From an uncultured delta proteobacterium (lineage in GTDB: Bacteria > Myxococcota > Myxococcia > Myxococcales > Myxococcaceae), in contig CAWCKH010000004.1 of assembly GCA_963796055.1 (NCBI GenBank), forward strand, positions 3,520,001 to 3,584,000: a stretch of 64,000 nt of DNA, read 5' to 3'. Made by a program: the position numbers and the translations under genes. Shown here piece after piece: positions 11,463 through 21,302 of this stretch. The notes under the pieces were generated by a model that was given only the letters and a program-made list of their open reading frames with translations, was not told the origin of the DNA and did not search any database. How positions within the stretch are numbered: the stretch's first letter is position 1; the number at the start of each line of letters is the position of its first letter.

Positions 11463-12692
11463 ATGGCCACCAGCGTCCAGGAACGCCCGCCTCTCGAGGC
11501 CGAGCTGGGGGCTCGGCGCACCGCCGAGCAGGCTGCCCGGCGCCGCCGGCTCCATTGGTTCGACCTTGCCACCAGCCTCTGGAGCCCGATCACCGTCCTC
11601 GCCCTGGCGCTGATCCCCTACCTGGTGGTCATCGAGTCGTTCCCCTCCACTGCGCCGGTCGCGCTTCCGGTGATGCAGGGATTCGGGCTGCTGATGGTGG
11701 CCTGGCTCGTGGGGCTCCTGGTCTGGCGCGCGGTGGACCGGGAGCGCACCGCGCTGCGGCGGCTCAGGCACGACGCCCGGGAGCTCACCGGCGAGCTGGC
11801 GCACAGCCTGCCCTCGGTGCACGACGCGGCGGTGCGCGAGCGGCTGGTGGACCACGCCGCCCGGGTGGACGCGGCGGCCGCGGCCGGAGACGCCGCGGCG
11901 CTGGAGCGGGAGATCCGCGCCCTCACCGATCAGGCCACGCGGCTGGTCCCCGGGTTCCGGAAGCAGAACGCGATCGGGGTGGGCATCGGCATCGCCAAGG
12001 CGCTGGCGGTGGCGCTCCTCATCCGGGCCATTCTCATCGAGCCGTTCCGGATCCCCAGCGGGTCGATGCTCCCCACCTTGCAGATCGGGGATCAGATCTT
12101 CGTCAACAAGTTCATCTACGGGGTCCACATCCCGTGGGCGAACGTGGTGCCCTTCGTCATCGTCCGCCCTCCGGCGCGCGGCGACGTCATCGTCTTCGAG
12201 AACCCGATCACCGGCCAGGACTACATCAAGCGGGTGGTGGGCATCCCCGGAGACGTGATCGAGCTCAAGGACGACCGGGTCTACCTCAACGGGCACGTGG
12301 TCCCGGCCCAGCTGGCGGCCCGCCAGGTCGAGGTGTGGGACCGGCCCGAGGACAGTCCCTGGAGGCTGCAGCATCCGGATCTATGGAAGGAGACCCTGGG
12401 AGGGCGCGAGCACGACATCCTCCTCGATGCCGAGTTCCGGCGCGAGGCGGCGCCCCGGGACCCGATCCGGGTCCCTCCCAACTCGGTGTTCGTCATGGGC
12501 GACAACCGGGACAACAGCCTCGACAGCCGGTTCGGGCTGGGAGGTCCGAGGAAGGTGGTCTTCGTCCCCTACGGCAACATCAAGGGGAAGGCGATGATCA
12601 TCTGGCTGTCGCTCTCCCACGGCGGGCTGCTCTCGGACCTCACCGGGGGCACCGGTCTGCGGGCGGAGCGCTTCTTCCGCCAGGTCCGGTAG
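11463..12692 (+). CDS. lepB: Signal peptidase I with extended multi-TM N-terminus
   Basis: IPSGSMLPTL (catalytic Ser), DYIKRVVG (Lys), MGDNRDNSLDSR; follows lepA. Confidence 0.93.
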   Translation: MATSVQERPPLEAELGARRTAEQAARRRRLHWFDLATSLWSPITVLALALIPYLVVIESFPSTAPVALPVMQGFGLLMVAWLVGLLVWRAVDRERTALRRLRHDARELTGELAHSLPSVHDAAVRERLVDHAARVDAAAAAGDAAALEREIRALTDQATRLVPGFRKQNAIGVGIGIAKALAVALLIRAILIEPFRIPSGSMLPTLQIGDQIFVNKFIYGVHIPWANVVPFVIVRPPARGDVIVFENPITGQDYIKRVVGIPGDVIELKDDRVYLNGHVVPAQLAARQVEVWDRPEDSPWRLQHPDLWKETLGGREHDILLDAEFRREAAPRDPIRVPPNSVFVMGDNRDNSLDSRFGLGGPRKVVFVPYGNIKGKAMIIWLSLSHGGLLSDLTGGTGLRAERFFRQVR

Positions 12693-12738
12693 CCCCAGCC
12701 ATTGACGGCGGGGGACAGGCAGCGTATCCGACGGGCTC

Positions 12739-13164
12739 GTGCGACGGCCCCGCGGCGCGGTGAATCTGGTCAACCTGACCCTGTTCGTCGCCGTCGTTTC
12801 CGGCGCCTACCTGGCCTGGATCTACGTCCCTCTCTGGCTCGACGACCTCGACGTGCGCGAGGCGCTCGCCGCGGGCGTGGCTCAGCTGACCTCCGAGGGG
12901 GCGGGCCTGGATGCCCCGACGGTCCAGCAGAGGGTGGCGGACCGTCTGGCCAGGGTGGGCTTCCACTGGGAGGAGCAGGACGGCAAGCAGGTGGAGGTAC
13001 CGGGGCTCGGGCTGGAGCCCGACGACGTTCAGGTGGAGCGGGGGAAGGACCGGAGGTTGGCACGGCTGACGGTGGACTACGGCCGGACGGTCAAGCTGAA
13101 GCCGCTGGAGCGGTACTGGACCATCCGGTTCCACACCACCCGGGAGGGAGTGCTCAAGCCGTGA
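12739..13164 (+). CDS. Hypothetical membrane-anchored protein with pilin-like N-terminus (possibly DUF4845-like)
   Basis: GTG start, RRPRG followed by a hydrophobic helix; stop overlaps pyrB start (GTGA). Confidence 0.6.
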   Translation: MRRPRGAVNLVNLTLFVAVVSGAYLAWIYVPLWLDDLDVREALAAGVAQLTSEGAGLDAPTVQQRVADRLARVGFHWEEQDGKQVEVPGLGLEPDDVQVERGKDRRLARLTVDYGRTVKLKPLERYWTIRFHTTREGVLKP

Positions 13165-14072
13165 ATCCGTTCGCGCCGCGCAGCCTGCTGACCACCGAGG
13201 GGATGTCCCGGCACGACATCGAGCTGCTCTTCGGCCGGGCCCGGCTCCACGCCCGCGGGCTCCGGGCCGGGACCCCGCTCCGCTCGCTGGCTGGCCGGGT
13301 GGTGGCCAACCTCTTCTTCGAGAACAGCACCCGGACGCGCCTGTCCTTCGAGCGCGCGGCCAAGGCACTCGGCGCCGACGTGCTCAACTTCAACGCCTCC
13401 ACCTCCAGCGTCTCCAAGGGCGAGTCGCTGGTGGACACGATGCGGAACGTGGAGGCGCTCGGGGCGAGCATCATCGTGCTGCGGCACCCGGCTTCCGGGG
13501 CCGCGGATCTCGTCTCCCGTCACGTACGCTGCTCGGTGGTGAACGCCGGCGACGGGACGCACGCCCACCCCTCGCAGGCGCTGCTGGATGCCTTCACCCT
13601 CCATGAGCGCTGGGGCACGCTGGAGGGCAAGACGGTGGCCATCGTCGGCGACGTCCTGCACAGCCGGGTGGCGCGGAGCAACCTGTACTGCCTCACCGCG
13701 CTCGGGGCCCGGGTGGTGGTGGCCGGCCCTCCCACACTGGTCCCGGTGGGGCTGGAAGCGCTCGGCGCGCAGGTGCTCCCCTCCATCGATGCGGCGCTCG
13801 AGGAGGCGGACGCGGTGATGATGCTCCGGGTGCAACTGGAGCGGCAGAAGGAATCCATGTTCCCCACCTCGGGCGAGTACGCCAGGGCCTTCGGGCTGAC
13901 CCTGGGGCGCGCGCGGGGGCTCAAGCCCGACGCGGTGGTGATGCACCCCGGGCCGGTGAATCGAGGTGTCGAGCTCGCGCCCGAGGTGGCGGACGGGCCG
14001 GCCAACGTCATCCTCGAGCAGGTGGCGAACGGAGTGGCGGTGCGGATGGCAATTCTGGAGGCGTGCGGATGA
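13161..14072 (+). CDS. pyrB: Aspartate carbamoyltransferase catalytic subunit
   Basis: [47 protein letters not shown]. Confidence 0.95.
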   Translation: MNPFAPRSLLTTEGMSRHDIELLFGRARLHARGLRAGTPLRSLAGRVVANLFFENSTRTRLSFERAAKALGADVLNFNASTSSVSKGESLVDTMRNVEALGASIIVLRHPASGAADLVSRHVRCSVVNAGDGTHAHPSQALLDAFTLHERWGTLEGKTVAIVGDVLHSRVARSNLYCLTALGARVVVAGPPTLVPVGLEALGAQVLPSIDAALEEADAVMMLRVQLERQKESMFPTSGEYARAFGLTLGRARGLKPDAVVMHPGPVNRGVELAPEVADGPANVILEQVANGVAVRMAILEACG

Positions 14073-15361
14073 GCCAGGCGATGGTCATCCGCGGCGGCCG
14101 GGTCATCGACCCGCGGAACCGGGTGGACGGGGTGCGCGACGTGCGGCTGGAGGACGGAAAGGTGGCCGCGGTCTCCGAGAAGCCGCTCCCGCTCGCGGGG
14201 GCGGAGGAGGTCCAGGCCCAGGGGCTGTGGGTGACCCCGGGCTTCGTCGACCTGCACGTGCACCTGCGCGAACCCGGGGAGGAGGGGAAGGAGACCATCC
14301 TTTCTGGCAGCCGAGCGGCGGTGGCGGGCGGCTTCACCTCGGTCGTCGCCATGCCGAACACCCGGCCGGTCAACGACTCGGCCCTGGTGACCCGGCTCAT
14401 CCGGCAGCGAGCGCAGGAGGCGGACCTGGCCCGGGTCTATCCGGCGGGGGCAATCAGCAAGGGCCTGCTGGGCGAGGAGATGGCGGAGATCGGCACCCTC
14501 CGCGAGGCGGGATGCGTGGCGGTCACCGACGATGGGCGGCCGGTGATGAGCGCCAGCCTGATGCGCCGGGTGCTGGTCTACACCGCCCCGCTCGGGCTCC
14601 CGGTGATGGTGCACGAGGAGGATCTCACGCTGTCCGCGGGGGGCGCGCTCACCGAGGGTCCGCGGGCGACGCGGATGGGCCTGCTGCCGATTCCTCGGTC
14701 CGCCGAGGTGGTGATGGTCGCCCGAGATCTCGTCTTGCTGGAGGAGGTGGGGGGGCGGCTGCACGTGGCGCATCTGAGCTGCGCCGCGAGCGTGGCGCTG
14801 ATCCGCGAGGCGAAGCGACGGGGATTGGCGATCACCGCCGAGGCCGCCCCACACCACTTCACCCTCACCGACGAGGCGGTGGAGGGCTGGAACACCCACG
14901 CCAAGATGACCCCGCCACTCCGCCATCCCGAGGACGTGGCCGCGGTGCGCGAGGGGCTGGCGGACGGGACCATCGACGCCATCGCCACCGACCACGCCCC
15001 GCACGGCATCATGGACAAGCAGGTGCCGTACGCCGAGGCGGCCAACGGGGTCATCGGGCTGGAGACCGCGCTGCCGCTCACCCTGGAGCTGGTCCGGGCC
15101 GGGACGCTGGGCGCCGTCCGGGCGGTGGAGCTGCTCACCTGCGGCCCCGCGGGGGTCTTCGGCCTCCCCGGCGGCCACCTCGGGCCCGGCGCGCCGGCGG
15201 ACGTCACGTTAGTGGACCCTGGCGCCGGGTGGACGGTCGAGGCGGCGCGGTTCCAGTCCAAGAGCCGGAACACGCCCTACGAGGGGCGCCAGGTTCAGGG
15301 GCGGGTGGTGCGGACCGTGGTGGGGGGCCGGACGGTGTGGCCCCTCGAGGAGAGACGATGA
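14069..15361 (+). CDS. pyrC: Dihydroorotase
   Basis: [38 protein letters not shown]. Confidence 0.95.
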   Translation: MSQAMVIRGGRVIDPRNRVDGVRDVRLEDGKVAAVSEKPLPLAGAEEVQAQGLWVTPGFVDLHVHLREPGEEGKETILSGSRAAVAGGFTSVVAMPNTRPVNDSALVTRLIRQRAQEADLARVYPAGAISKGLLGEEMAEIGTLREAGCVAVTDDGRPVMSASLMRRVLVYTAPLGLPVMVHEEDLTLSAGGALTEGPRATRMGLLPIPRSAEVVMVARDLVLLEEVGGRLHVAHLSCAASVALIREAKRRGLAITAEAAPHHFTLTDEAVEGWNTHAKMTPPLRHPEDVAAVREGLADGTIDAIATDHAPHGIMDKQVPYAEAANGVIGLETALPLTLELVRAGTLGAVRAVELLTCGPAGVFGLPGGHLGPGAPADVTLVDPGAGWTVEAARFQSKSRNTPYEGRQVQGRVVRTVVGGRTVWPLEERR

Positions 15362-16471
15362 AGCGAGCCATCCTGGCTCTGGCAGACGGGACGACGTTCG
15401 ATGGGCAGCCCTTCGGTTCCACCGGCGAGACGGTGGGAGAGGTGGTCTTCAACACCTCGATGAGCGGCTACCAGGAGATCCTCACCGACCCTTCCTACGT
15501 GGGCCAGATCGTCACCATGGCCGCGCCGGAGATGGGGAACGTGGGGACCAACCCGGTGGACGACGAGAGCGCCCGGCCGCACGCCGTGGGGATGGTCGTC
15601 CGCTCGCTCTCCGAGGCCGCGAGCAACTGGCGAGCCGTGGAGAGTCTCGACGCGTACTTGAAGCGCCACGGGGTGGTGGGCCTGCGAGGCATCGACACCC
15701 GGAAGCTGGTCCGGCACATCCGAACCCGCGGGGCGCAGATGGGGGTCATCTCCAGCGAGGGGCACTCGGCATCGGCCCTGGTGGAGCGCGCGCGTCGCGC
15801 CCCGGGGATGGAGGGGCAGGACCTCGTCACCGGCATCAGTACCCGGAAGCCCTACGTCTTCACCGAGCCAAGCCCTTCGGTCTTCACGCCCGGCCGACCG
15901 GTGCCGCAGCTGCGCTTCGAGGTGGTGGCCTACGATTACGGGCTGAAGAAGGCGATGATCCAGCTGCTGGTCGACGCGGGCTGCCGGGTGACGGTCGTCC
16001 CCGCGGCGACCCCCGTGGAGGAGGTCCTGGCCAAGCGGCCGAACGGCGTGTTCCTCACCAACGGCCCGGGCGATCCAGCGGCGGTCCCGGACGCGGACCG
16101 CGCCGTTGCGGCGCTGCTGGGGAAGGTGCCGGTCTTCGGCATCTGCCTCGGCCACCAGAATCCTCGCCCGGGCCATCGGTGGCGGCACCTACAAGATGAA
16201 GTTCGGCCACCGGGGGGCGAACCAGCCGGTGAAGGATCTCCTGACCGGCAAGGTGGAGATCACCGCCCAGAACCACGGCTTCGCGGTGGACGAGGCCTCG
16301 GTGAAGGGCAAGGCGAACGTCACCCACCTCAACCTGAATGATCACACCGTGGAGGGGCTGGAGATCCCCGACGCACGGGCCTTCAGTGTCCAGTATCACC
16401 CCGAGTCGAGCCCCGGACCTCACGACGCGCGGCATCTCTTCGCCCGCTTCACGCAGGCAATGGCGCGGTAA
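15358..16471 (+). CDS. carA: Carbamoyl-phosphate synthase small subunit, broken by a +1 frameshift at 16159-16160
   Basis: [34 protein letters not shown] in one frame; [24 protein letters not shown] in the next; extra A in CAG-A-ATC. Confidence 0.92.
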
Positions 16472-16487
16472 GGTTCGTCTCCCGCGG

Positions 16488-17141
16488 ATGCATCCTTTGT
16501 CCTATCAACCGTACCTGGACCAGCTCATCGCGCACGCCAGCAGCGAGGAGCGCAAGCCCGACCTCCTCGCCGCGAAGGCGGAGTACTTCCAGCGGACCGG
16601 AGAGGTCTTCGAGGACGACAAGCAGTTCGAGCTGAGGATGGCCTCGTTCCTCGACTACTACGTCTTCGACCGGAAGGGGCCGGACAACGGGCGCACCCCG
16701 GCCGAGGAGTTCCTCGAGGCGAGGTCGGCGGCGGGTGATGCGGCGGAGCTCGCGGCCTTCCGGGCCTTCACCGAGACGGTGCACGGGCTGTTCGAGGTGC
16801 GGAAGATCAAGCCCGGCATCGTGCGGCTGCGCGAGCTCTTCGGGGCCAAGGAGTTCGACGTCACCGAGCGGCGGCACACGGTGGGGCTGGAGAAGGGCGA
16901 CATCCTCGAGGCCCGGCTCATTCCCTTCGACGGGGCGCTGGTCTTCAGCGCGGCGTTCTGCTTCCACCCCCGCGAGGCGGTGAAGGCGATCAAGAAGGAA
17001 GTGAAGCGCCGGAAGAAGGTCATGCCCGAGGCGCCCCCGGTCCAGCTGACCTGGGAGGCGGCGAAGCGGGCGCTCAAGGCCGATCGGTACCGGCAGATCG
17101 CGGTGGACAAGATCTACGACTTCGAGTCGTCGCGGCTCTGA
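16488..17141 (+). CDS. Conserved-looking hypothetical protein
   Basis: Strong GC3 bias and a natural-looking sequence (RTGEVFEDD, FLDYYVFDR, GLFEV, GDILEARLIP). Confidence 0.75.
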   Translation: MHPLSYQPYLDQLIAHASSEERKPDLLAAKAEYFQRTGEVFEDDKQFELRMASFLDYYVFDRKGPDNGRTPAEEFLEARSAAGDAAELAAFRAFTETVHGLFEVRKIKPGIVRLRELFGAKEFDVTERRHTVGLEKGDILEARLIPFDGALVFSAAFCFHPREAVKAIKKEVKRRKKVMPEAPPVQLTWEAAKRALKADRYRQIAVDKIYDFESSRL

Positions 17142-17247
17142 GGGCTGGGCCGCCGCGCGCCCACACGAGGGCGCGGACGCGCGCGGCCGGCATGGCGCCC
17201 GGTCGCTCGTGAGCCTGATCGTCCGCGTGGCTCGGGGCTGGCGATCA

Positions 17248-17632
17248 GCCCTGAGGGACGCCGGAGCTCCGTTGGCCGGCGCTCGGCCCCGACCACCGGC
17301 CTGCGCGATCGCGCGCGCTCTGTCGTGCGGACGGGCGCGCGGGGGAAGGCCGCCCCAAAAAACAAATGTTTGCTTCCTGCATGCAAGTACTTCGATCAAT
17401 TGTTTGCTTGCAGGAAGCAAGTGGTTTTTTTTTGGAGGAGCCCTCCTCGCGTCCCAGCCGGGGTCTGCGGCATCCGCCTGGCCTCGCTCGAGGGGGCACC
17501 CTGTGGGCGCAGCGTGCAGGTCCCCTGGGGTTCCGGCCGGCGGGCGCGGAGCGTTCCGGAGCGTCGCTGATCGCGCAGGCCGCCCGTTCATGCCCGTGCA
17601 GGTGCCTCGCCGGCCTCGACTTTCCTCAGGGC
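17248..17632. repeat. Nested long imperfect palindrome with AT-rich core in a convergent intergenic region
   Basis: Arms 17248-17256/17624-17632, 17274-17281/17608-17615, 17298-17310/17569-17581 (13 bp perfect), 17355-17362/17428-17435, 17370-17386/17404-17420 (16/17). Confidence 0.8.
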
Positions 17633-17645
17633 ACCGCCTCGCGCG

Positions 17646-18212
17646 CTATCGGTAGAAGACGTAGACCGCGGTGTACGGCACCTTCGTCTCGGCGCCCACG
17701 CTCGCCGCGTCGCAGCCGGTGGCGGGAGCCGCGCCGCCGTGCGTCTGGACACGCTGGACGAAGGTGACGCCCTGGAGCCCGCCCGCCTGGCCGTTCGACT
17801 GGGTGGGGACGAGGAGCCAGGGGATGGAGCCGGCTTCCGGGGACGCGGCCTTCTTCGCCGCCGCGACGTCTCCCTTGATTCCGCTCCCGTCGGTCAGCGT
17901 CCACGAGGGACCGGCGCTGTTCTTTCCGGCCACCTCCCCGCCTGGCTCGGCGGCGCGGAAGAGCTCGGAGTCGGGCGCGACCAGCTTCCACTCGGCGCCG
18001 CCGGCGCTCGCGGCCTGGCACTTGTAGTTCTGGGTTCCCTTCGCCGACAGCTGGAGCACCGGCGTGGCGGTCGCCGGGGCCTCGATCTCGGCAGGGACAC
18101 TCGGGCGCGCGGGTGCCGGCGCTGCGGCGGCTGCGGGCGCAGCAGACTCGGTGGTGGCACACCCGAACAGGCCGAGCACGGGCAGGACAAGGATGGAGCG
18201 GAACAGGCGCAT
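17646..18212 (-). CDS. DUF3455-like lipoprotein
   Basis: AGGAG RBS, lipobox LFG-C; AKGTQNYKC, GPSW..TDGS, IPWLL, VQRVQTHGG..P, VPYTAVYVFY. Confidence 0.8.
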   Translation of the reverse strand: MRLFRSILVLPVLGLFGCATTESAAPAAAAAPAPARPSVPAEIEAPATATPVLQLSAKGTQNYKCQAASAGGAEWKLVAPDSELFRAAEPGGEVAGKNSAGPSWTLTDGSGIKGDVAAAKKAASPEAGSIPWLLVPTQSNGQAGGLQGVTFVQRVQTHGGAAPATGCDAASVGAETKVPYTAVYVFYR

Positions 18213-18333
18213 GACGGACATCTCCTGAATGAGGGGAGCGCACCCTAGCCGGGCCGTCTGGCCGGGGTGTGGAACAGTCGACGGACAATCCATCGACACA
18301 CGCCGTCGTCCCCCGTTGCGGACGCCCATCGCC

Positions 18334-19017
18334 TCAGCCGGCAACCACGCCGCGGTACAGCCAGGTGATGCCCCCGGTGAAGGCGCGCGCCGACCGCTCC
18401 CGAAATGCGCCCGCGCGGTCCATCAGCTCGAGGAAGCGATTCCCGGCGGGGAACGCCGCCGCGGTCCGCGGCAGGTACTGGTACGCGGCGCGATTTCCCG
18501 TCAGCAGTCCGCCCACGGTCGGCATCACCACCCGCGCGTAGAGCCGGTACAGCGCACCCCAGAGCCCGCGCGGCTGGCCGAACTCGAGGACCAGCACCTG
18601 GCCGCCCGGCTTCACCACCCGCGCCATCTCGCGAAGACACTTCACCGGGTCGTCGACGTTGCGGATGCCGAAGGAGATGGAGGCCACGTCGAAGCTCGCC
18701 TCGGGGTAGGGGAGTGCCATCGCGTCTGCGACCTCGAAGGTCACGTCCAGCCTCGCCGCGCGCGCCTTCTCCCGCGCCGGCCCGAGCATCGGGGCGCAGA
18801 AGTCCGTCCCCACCACCTCCGCCCCCGTCCTGCGGAAGGCCAGTGCCAGATCTCCGGTCCCGGTCGCACAGTCGAGCACCCGCATCCCGGGGCCGGTCCG
18901 GGCGGTCTTCACCGTGACCTGCCGCCACCACCGGTCGACCCCGAAGCTGAGGACGATGTTGGTGACGTCGTACCTCGTCGCGATGGACGAGAACATCTCC
19001 CGGACCTGCTCGCTCAT
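18334..19017 (-). CDS. menG: Demethylmenaquinone methyltransferase (UbiE/MenG)
   Basis: [44 protein letters not shown]. Confidence 0.93.
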   Translation of the reverse strand: MSEQVREMFSSIATRYDVTNIVLSFGVDRWWRQVTVKTARTGPGMRVLDCATGTGDLALAFRRTGAEVVGTDFCAPMLGPAREKARAARLDVTFEVADAMALPYPEASFDVASISFGIRNVDDPVKCLREMARVVKPGGQVLVLEFGQPRGLWGALYRLYARVVMPTVGGLLTGNRAAYQYLPRTAAAFPAGNRFLELMDRAGAFRERSARAFTGGITWLYRGVVAG

Positions 19018-19901
19018 GGCGAGACGGCCCGCACCGCCGGCGCGGCAGCCACGCGGTGATGGAGCGTGCGCCCCACCGCCTGCAGCAACGCGGGCAGCCG
19101 CTCCATCAGCTCGGAGAACATCTGTGGGGTCAGCGCCTGCCGCCCATCGCAGAGCGCCTCGTCGGGGTTGCCGTGCACCTCGACCAGGAGCCCGTCCGCT
19201 CCCGCCGCCGCCGCGGCCAGCGCCATCGGGATGACCAGCTCGCGCAGCCCCGTGGCGTGCGACGGGTCGACCAGGACGGGGAGATGGCTCCGCTGCTTCA
19301 CCAGGGCCACCGAGGCGAGGTCGAGGGTGTTTCGGGTCGCGGTCTCGAAGGTTCGGATCCCCCGCTCGCAGAGGATGACCTGGCTGTTGCCGCCCTCGAG
19401 CAGGTACTCGGCCGCCAGCAGCCACTCCTCCACCGTCGCCGCGAAGCCGCGCTTGAGGAGCACCGGCCGCCGCACCTTCCCCAGCGCCCGGAGCAGCGCG
19501 AAGTTCTGCATGTTCCGTGCTCCCACCTGGAGCAGGTCCACGTCGATCATCGACGCCAGCTGCGACGCCTCCAGCACCTCGGCCACCACTGGCAGCCCGT
19601 GCCGACCGCCCGAGCGGCCGAGGATGGCCAGCCCCGCCTCGCCCAGGCCCTGGAAGGCGTACGGGCTGGTCCTGGGCTTGAACGCTCCGCCGCGCAGCAG
19701 GTGAGCGCCGGCCGCGGCCACCGCCTCGGCTGCGCTCTCGGTCTGGGCCGGGCTCTCCACCGCGCAGGGACCTGCCGCCACCACGAACCCTGGGCCGCCG
19801 ATCTCCACCGGCCCCACGGTGACCCGGGTGCCGGCGGGGCGGGCGCTCCGTAGAACCCGCGCCGGGAGGGAGGGATCAGCGGCAGAACTTGTCGGTCTCA
19901 T
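19014..19901 (-). CDS. aroF: DAHP synthase, class I-beta, no obvious N-terminal regulatory domain
   Basis: [51 protein letters not shown]; start uncertain. Confidence 0.9.
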   Translation of the reverse strand: MRPTSSAADPSLPARVLRSARPAGTRVTVGPVEIGGPGFVVAAGPCAVESPAQTESAAEAVAAAGAHLLRGGAFKPRTSPYAFQGLGEAGLAILGRSGGRHGLPVVAEVLEASQLASMIDVDLLQVGARNMQNFALLRALGKVRRPVLLKRGFAATVEEWLLAAEYLLEGGNSQVILCERGIRTFETATRNTLDLASVALVKQRSHLPVLVDPSHATGLRELVIPMALAAAAAGADGLLVEVHGNPDEALCDGRQALTPQMFSELMERLPALLQAVGRTLHHRVAAAPAVRAVSP

Positions 19902-19921
19902 CGAGTTGTGGAATTCAAGGG

Positions 19922-19939
19922 GTTCAAGGCTCCTTGAAC
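19922..19939. promoter_or_regulatory. Palindromic operator GTTCAAG-N4-CTTGAAC, copy 1 (divergent aroF/menF region)
   Basis: GTTCAAGGCTCCTTGAAC; an extra TTCAAGG half-site at 19914-19920; same arms at 28146. Confidence 0.75.
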
Positions 19940-20001
19940 TTCCGCGTGCAGGGATAGCCCGCTGGACGTAGAACCTCAACTGCATCGGCGTCCAGCACTC
20001 C

Positions 20002-21297
20002 ATGCGTCACCTCATGCAAGGAATCACCCCCGGTCGCATGCAGGTCCTCGGCATCTCGGCCCGCGTCTCGCCCGGCGCGCGCCTGCCCGAGCCCTGGACG
20101 CTCTCCTGGTCCGACGGGACGTGGAGCTGGGCCGGAAGCGGAGTGTCCGCCGCCCTCCACGCTCCGGAGCATGGCCCGCTCCTGGACGCGGTGGCGGGCT
20201 CGGAGGTCCTGGTCGAGGGCGGCTCCATCGTTCCTCCCGCGCCGTGGTTCGGCGGCTTTGCCTTCGATGCGACCGCGGCCATCGACCGCTGGTGGGAGGC
20301 GTTCCCCCCGGCCTGGGCGCTGGTGCCCCGGCTGCTGCTCGGCAGCGACGGACGCAGCGCCGAGCTGGTGGCGTTCGCGCGGGTCGACGACGACGGGCTG
20401 TCCTCGGCCCGCGATCGCGCCGGCGCCCTTCTCCAGCAGGCCCGGCGAGCCCTGCTCGAGGCGCCCCTGGCCAGCCCCGCCCGCGCACCCGGCCGCCTGC
20501 CGCGCCTCCGTCCCCAGGACCGCGTCGGCTGGGACGCGCTGGTCCACGAGGCGCTCGCCGCCTTCGAGTCCGGCCATCTCCGCAAGGTGGTGCTCGCCCG
20601 TGCCCTGGAGGTGGAGGCCGACGCCCCGCTCGACGTCCCGGCGGTGCGGGCGCGGATGCGAGAGCTCGCCGGTCCGGCAGTGGGTTACGAGCTGCGAGCC
20701 GACGACGGCACCACCCTGCTCGGCGCGAGCCCCGAGCGGCTCTTCACCCTGGAGGGCGGCCGTCTGCAGACGCAGGCCCTGGCCAGCAGCGCGGCACCGG
20801 ATGAGCTGGAACGGCTCACCGGTGGGCACAAGGAGGCCCGGGAGCACGCGGCGGTGGTGGAGAGCATCCGCGCTGCGCTGCTCCCGCTCTCGGCAGAGGT
20901 GGAGATCGGGGCCGCGCCCGAGCCACTGGCGCTCGGGTATGTCGCCCACCTCCGCACGCCGGTCCGGGCACGGCTCCGGCCGGGGGTGACTCCCGCCGAC
21001 GTCGCCCGCGCGCTGCACCCCACCGCCGCGGTGGGCGGGACGCCGCGTGACGAGGCACTGGCGTTCCTCCGCGGCCACGAACGTCTCGCCCGCGGCTGGT
21101 ATGCAGGGGCCATCGGCTGGCTCGGGTCCGACCGGGCCGACCTCCGGGTCGCCCTCCGCTGCGCGCTCGTCCGCGGCGCCGCGGCTCGCCTCTTCTCTGG
21201 CGCAGGGTGCGTGGCCGGGTCGACCGCCGAGGGCGAGTGGACGGAGACCGCGGTGAAGGCGCGCTTCATGCTCCGCGCATTCGGGCTGGAGGGCTGA
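20002..21297 (+). CDS. menF: Isochorismate synthase
   Basis: [40 protein letters not shown]; start could be 20014 or 20038. Confidence 0.88.
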   Translation: MRHLMQGITPGRMQVLGISARVSPGARLPEPWTLSWSDGTWSWAGSGVSAALHAPEHGPLLDAVAGSEVLVEGGSIVPPAPWFGGFAFDATAAIDRWWEAFPPAWALVPRLLLGSDGRSAELVAFARVDDDGLSSARDRAGALLQQARRALLEAPLASPARAPGRLPRLRPQDRVGWDALVHEALAAFESGHLRKVVLARALEVEADAPLDVPAVRARMRELAGPAVGYELRADDGTTLLGASPERLFTLEGGRLQTQALASSAAPDELERLTGGHKEAREHAAVVESIRAALLPLSAEVEIGAAPEPLALGYVAHLRTPVRARLRPGVTPADVARALHPTAAVGGTPRDEALAFLRGHERLARGWYAGAIGWLGSDRADLRVALRCALVRGAAARLFSGAGCVAGSTAEGEWTETAVKARFMLRAFGLEG

Positions 21298-21302
21298 CCG
21301 GC

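Noticed and set aside
13966..16341. 791-aa ORF suggesting an extended CarA
   Set aside because: The N-terminal part is an alternative frame of pyrC. The real start is the ATG at 15358 and the 3' end is frameshifted.
17355..17435. oriC, dif or parS identity for the AT-rich island
   Set aside because: No DnaA boxes (TTATCCACA), no XerD arm (TTATGTTAAA) and no parS consensus. Kept as an unexplained element.
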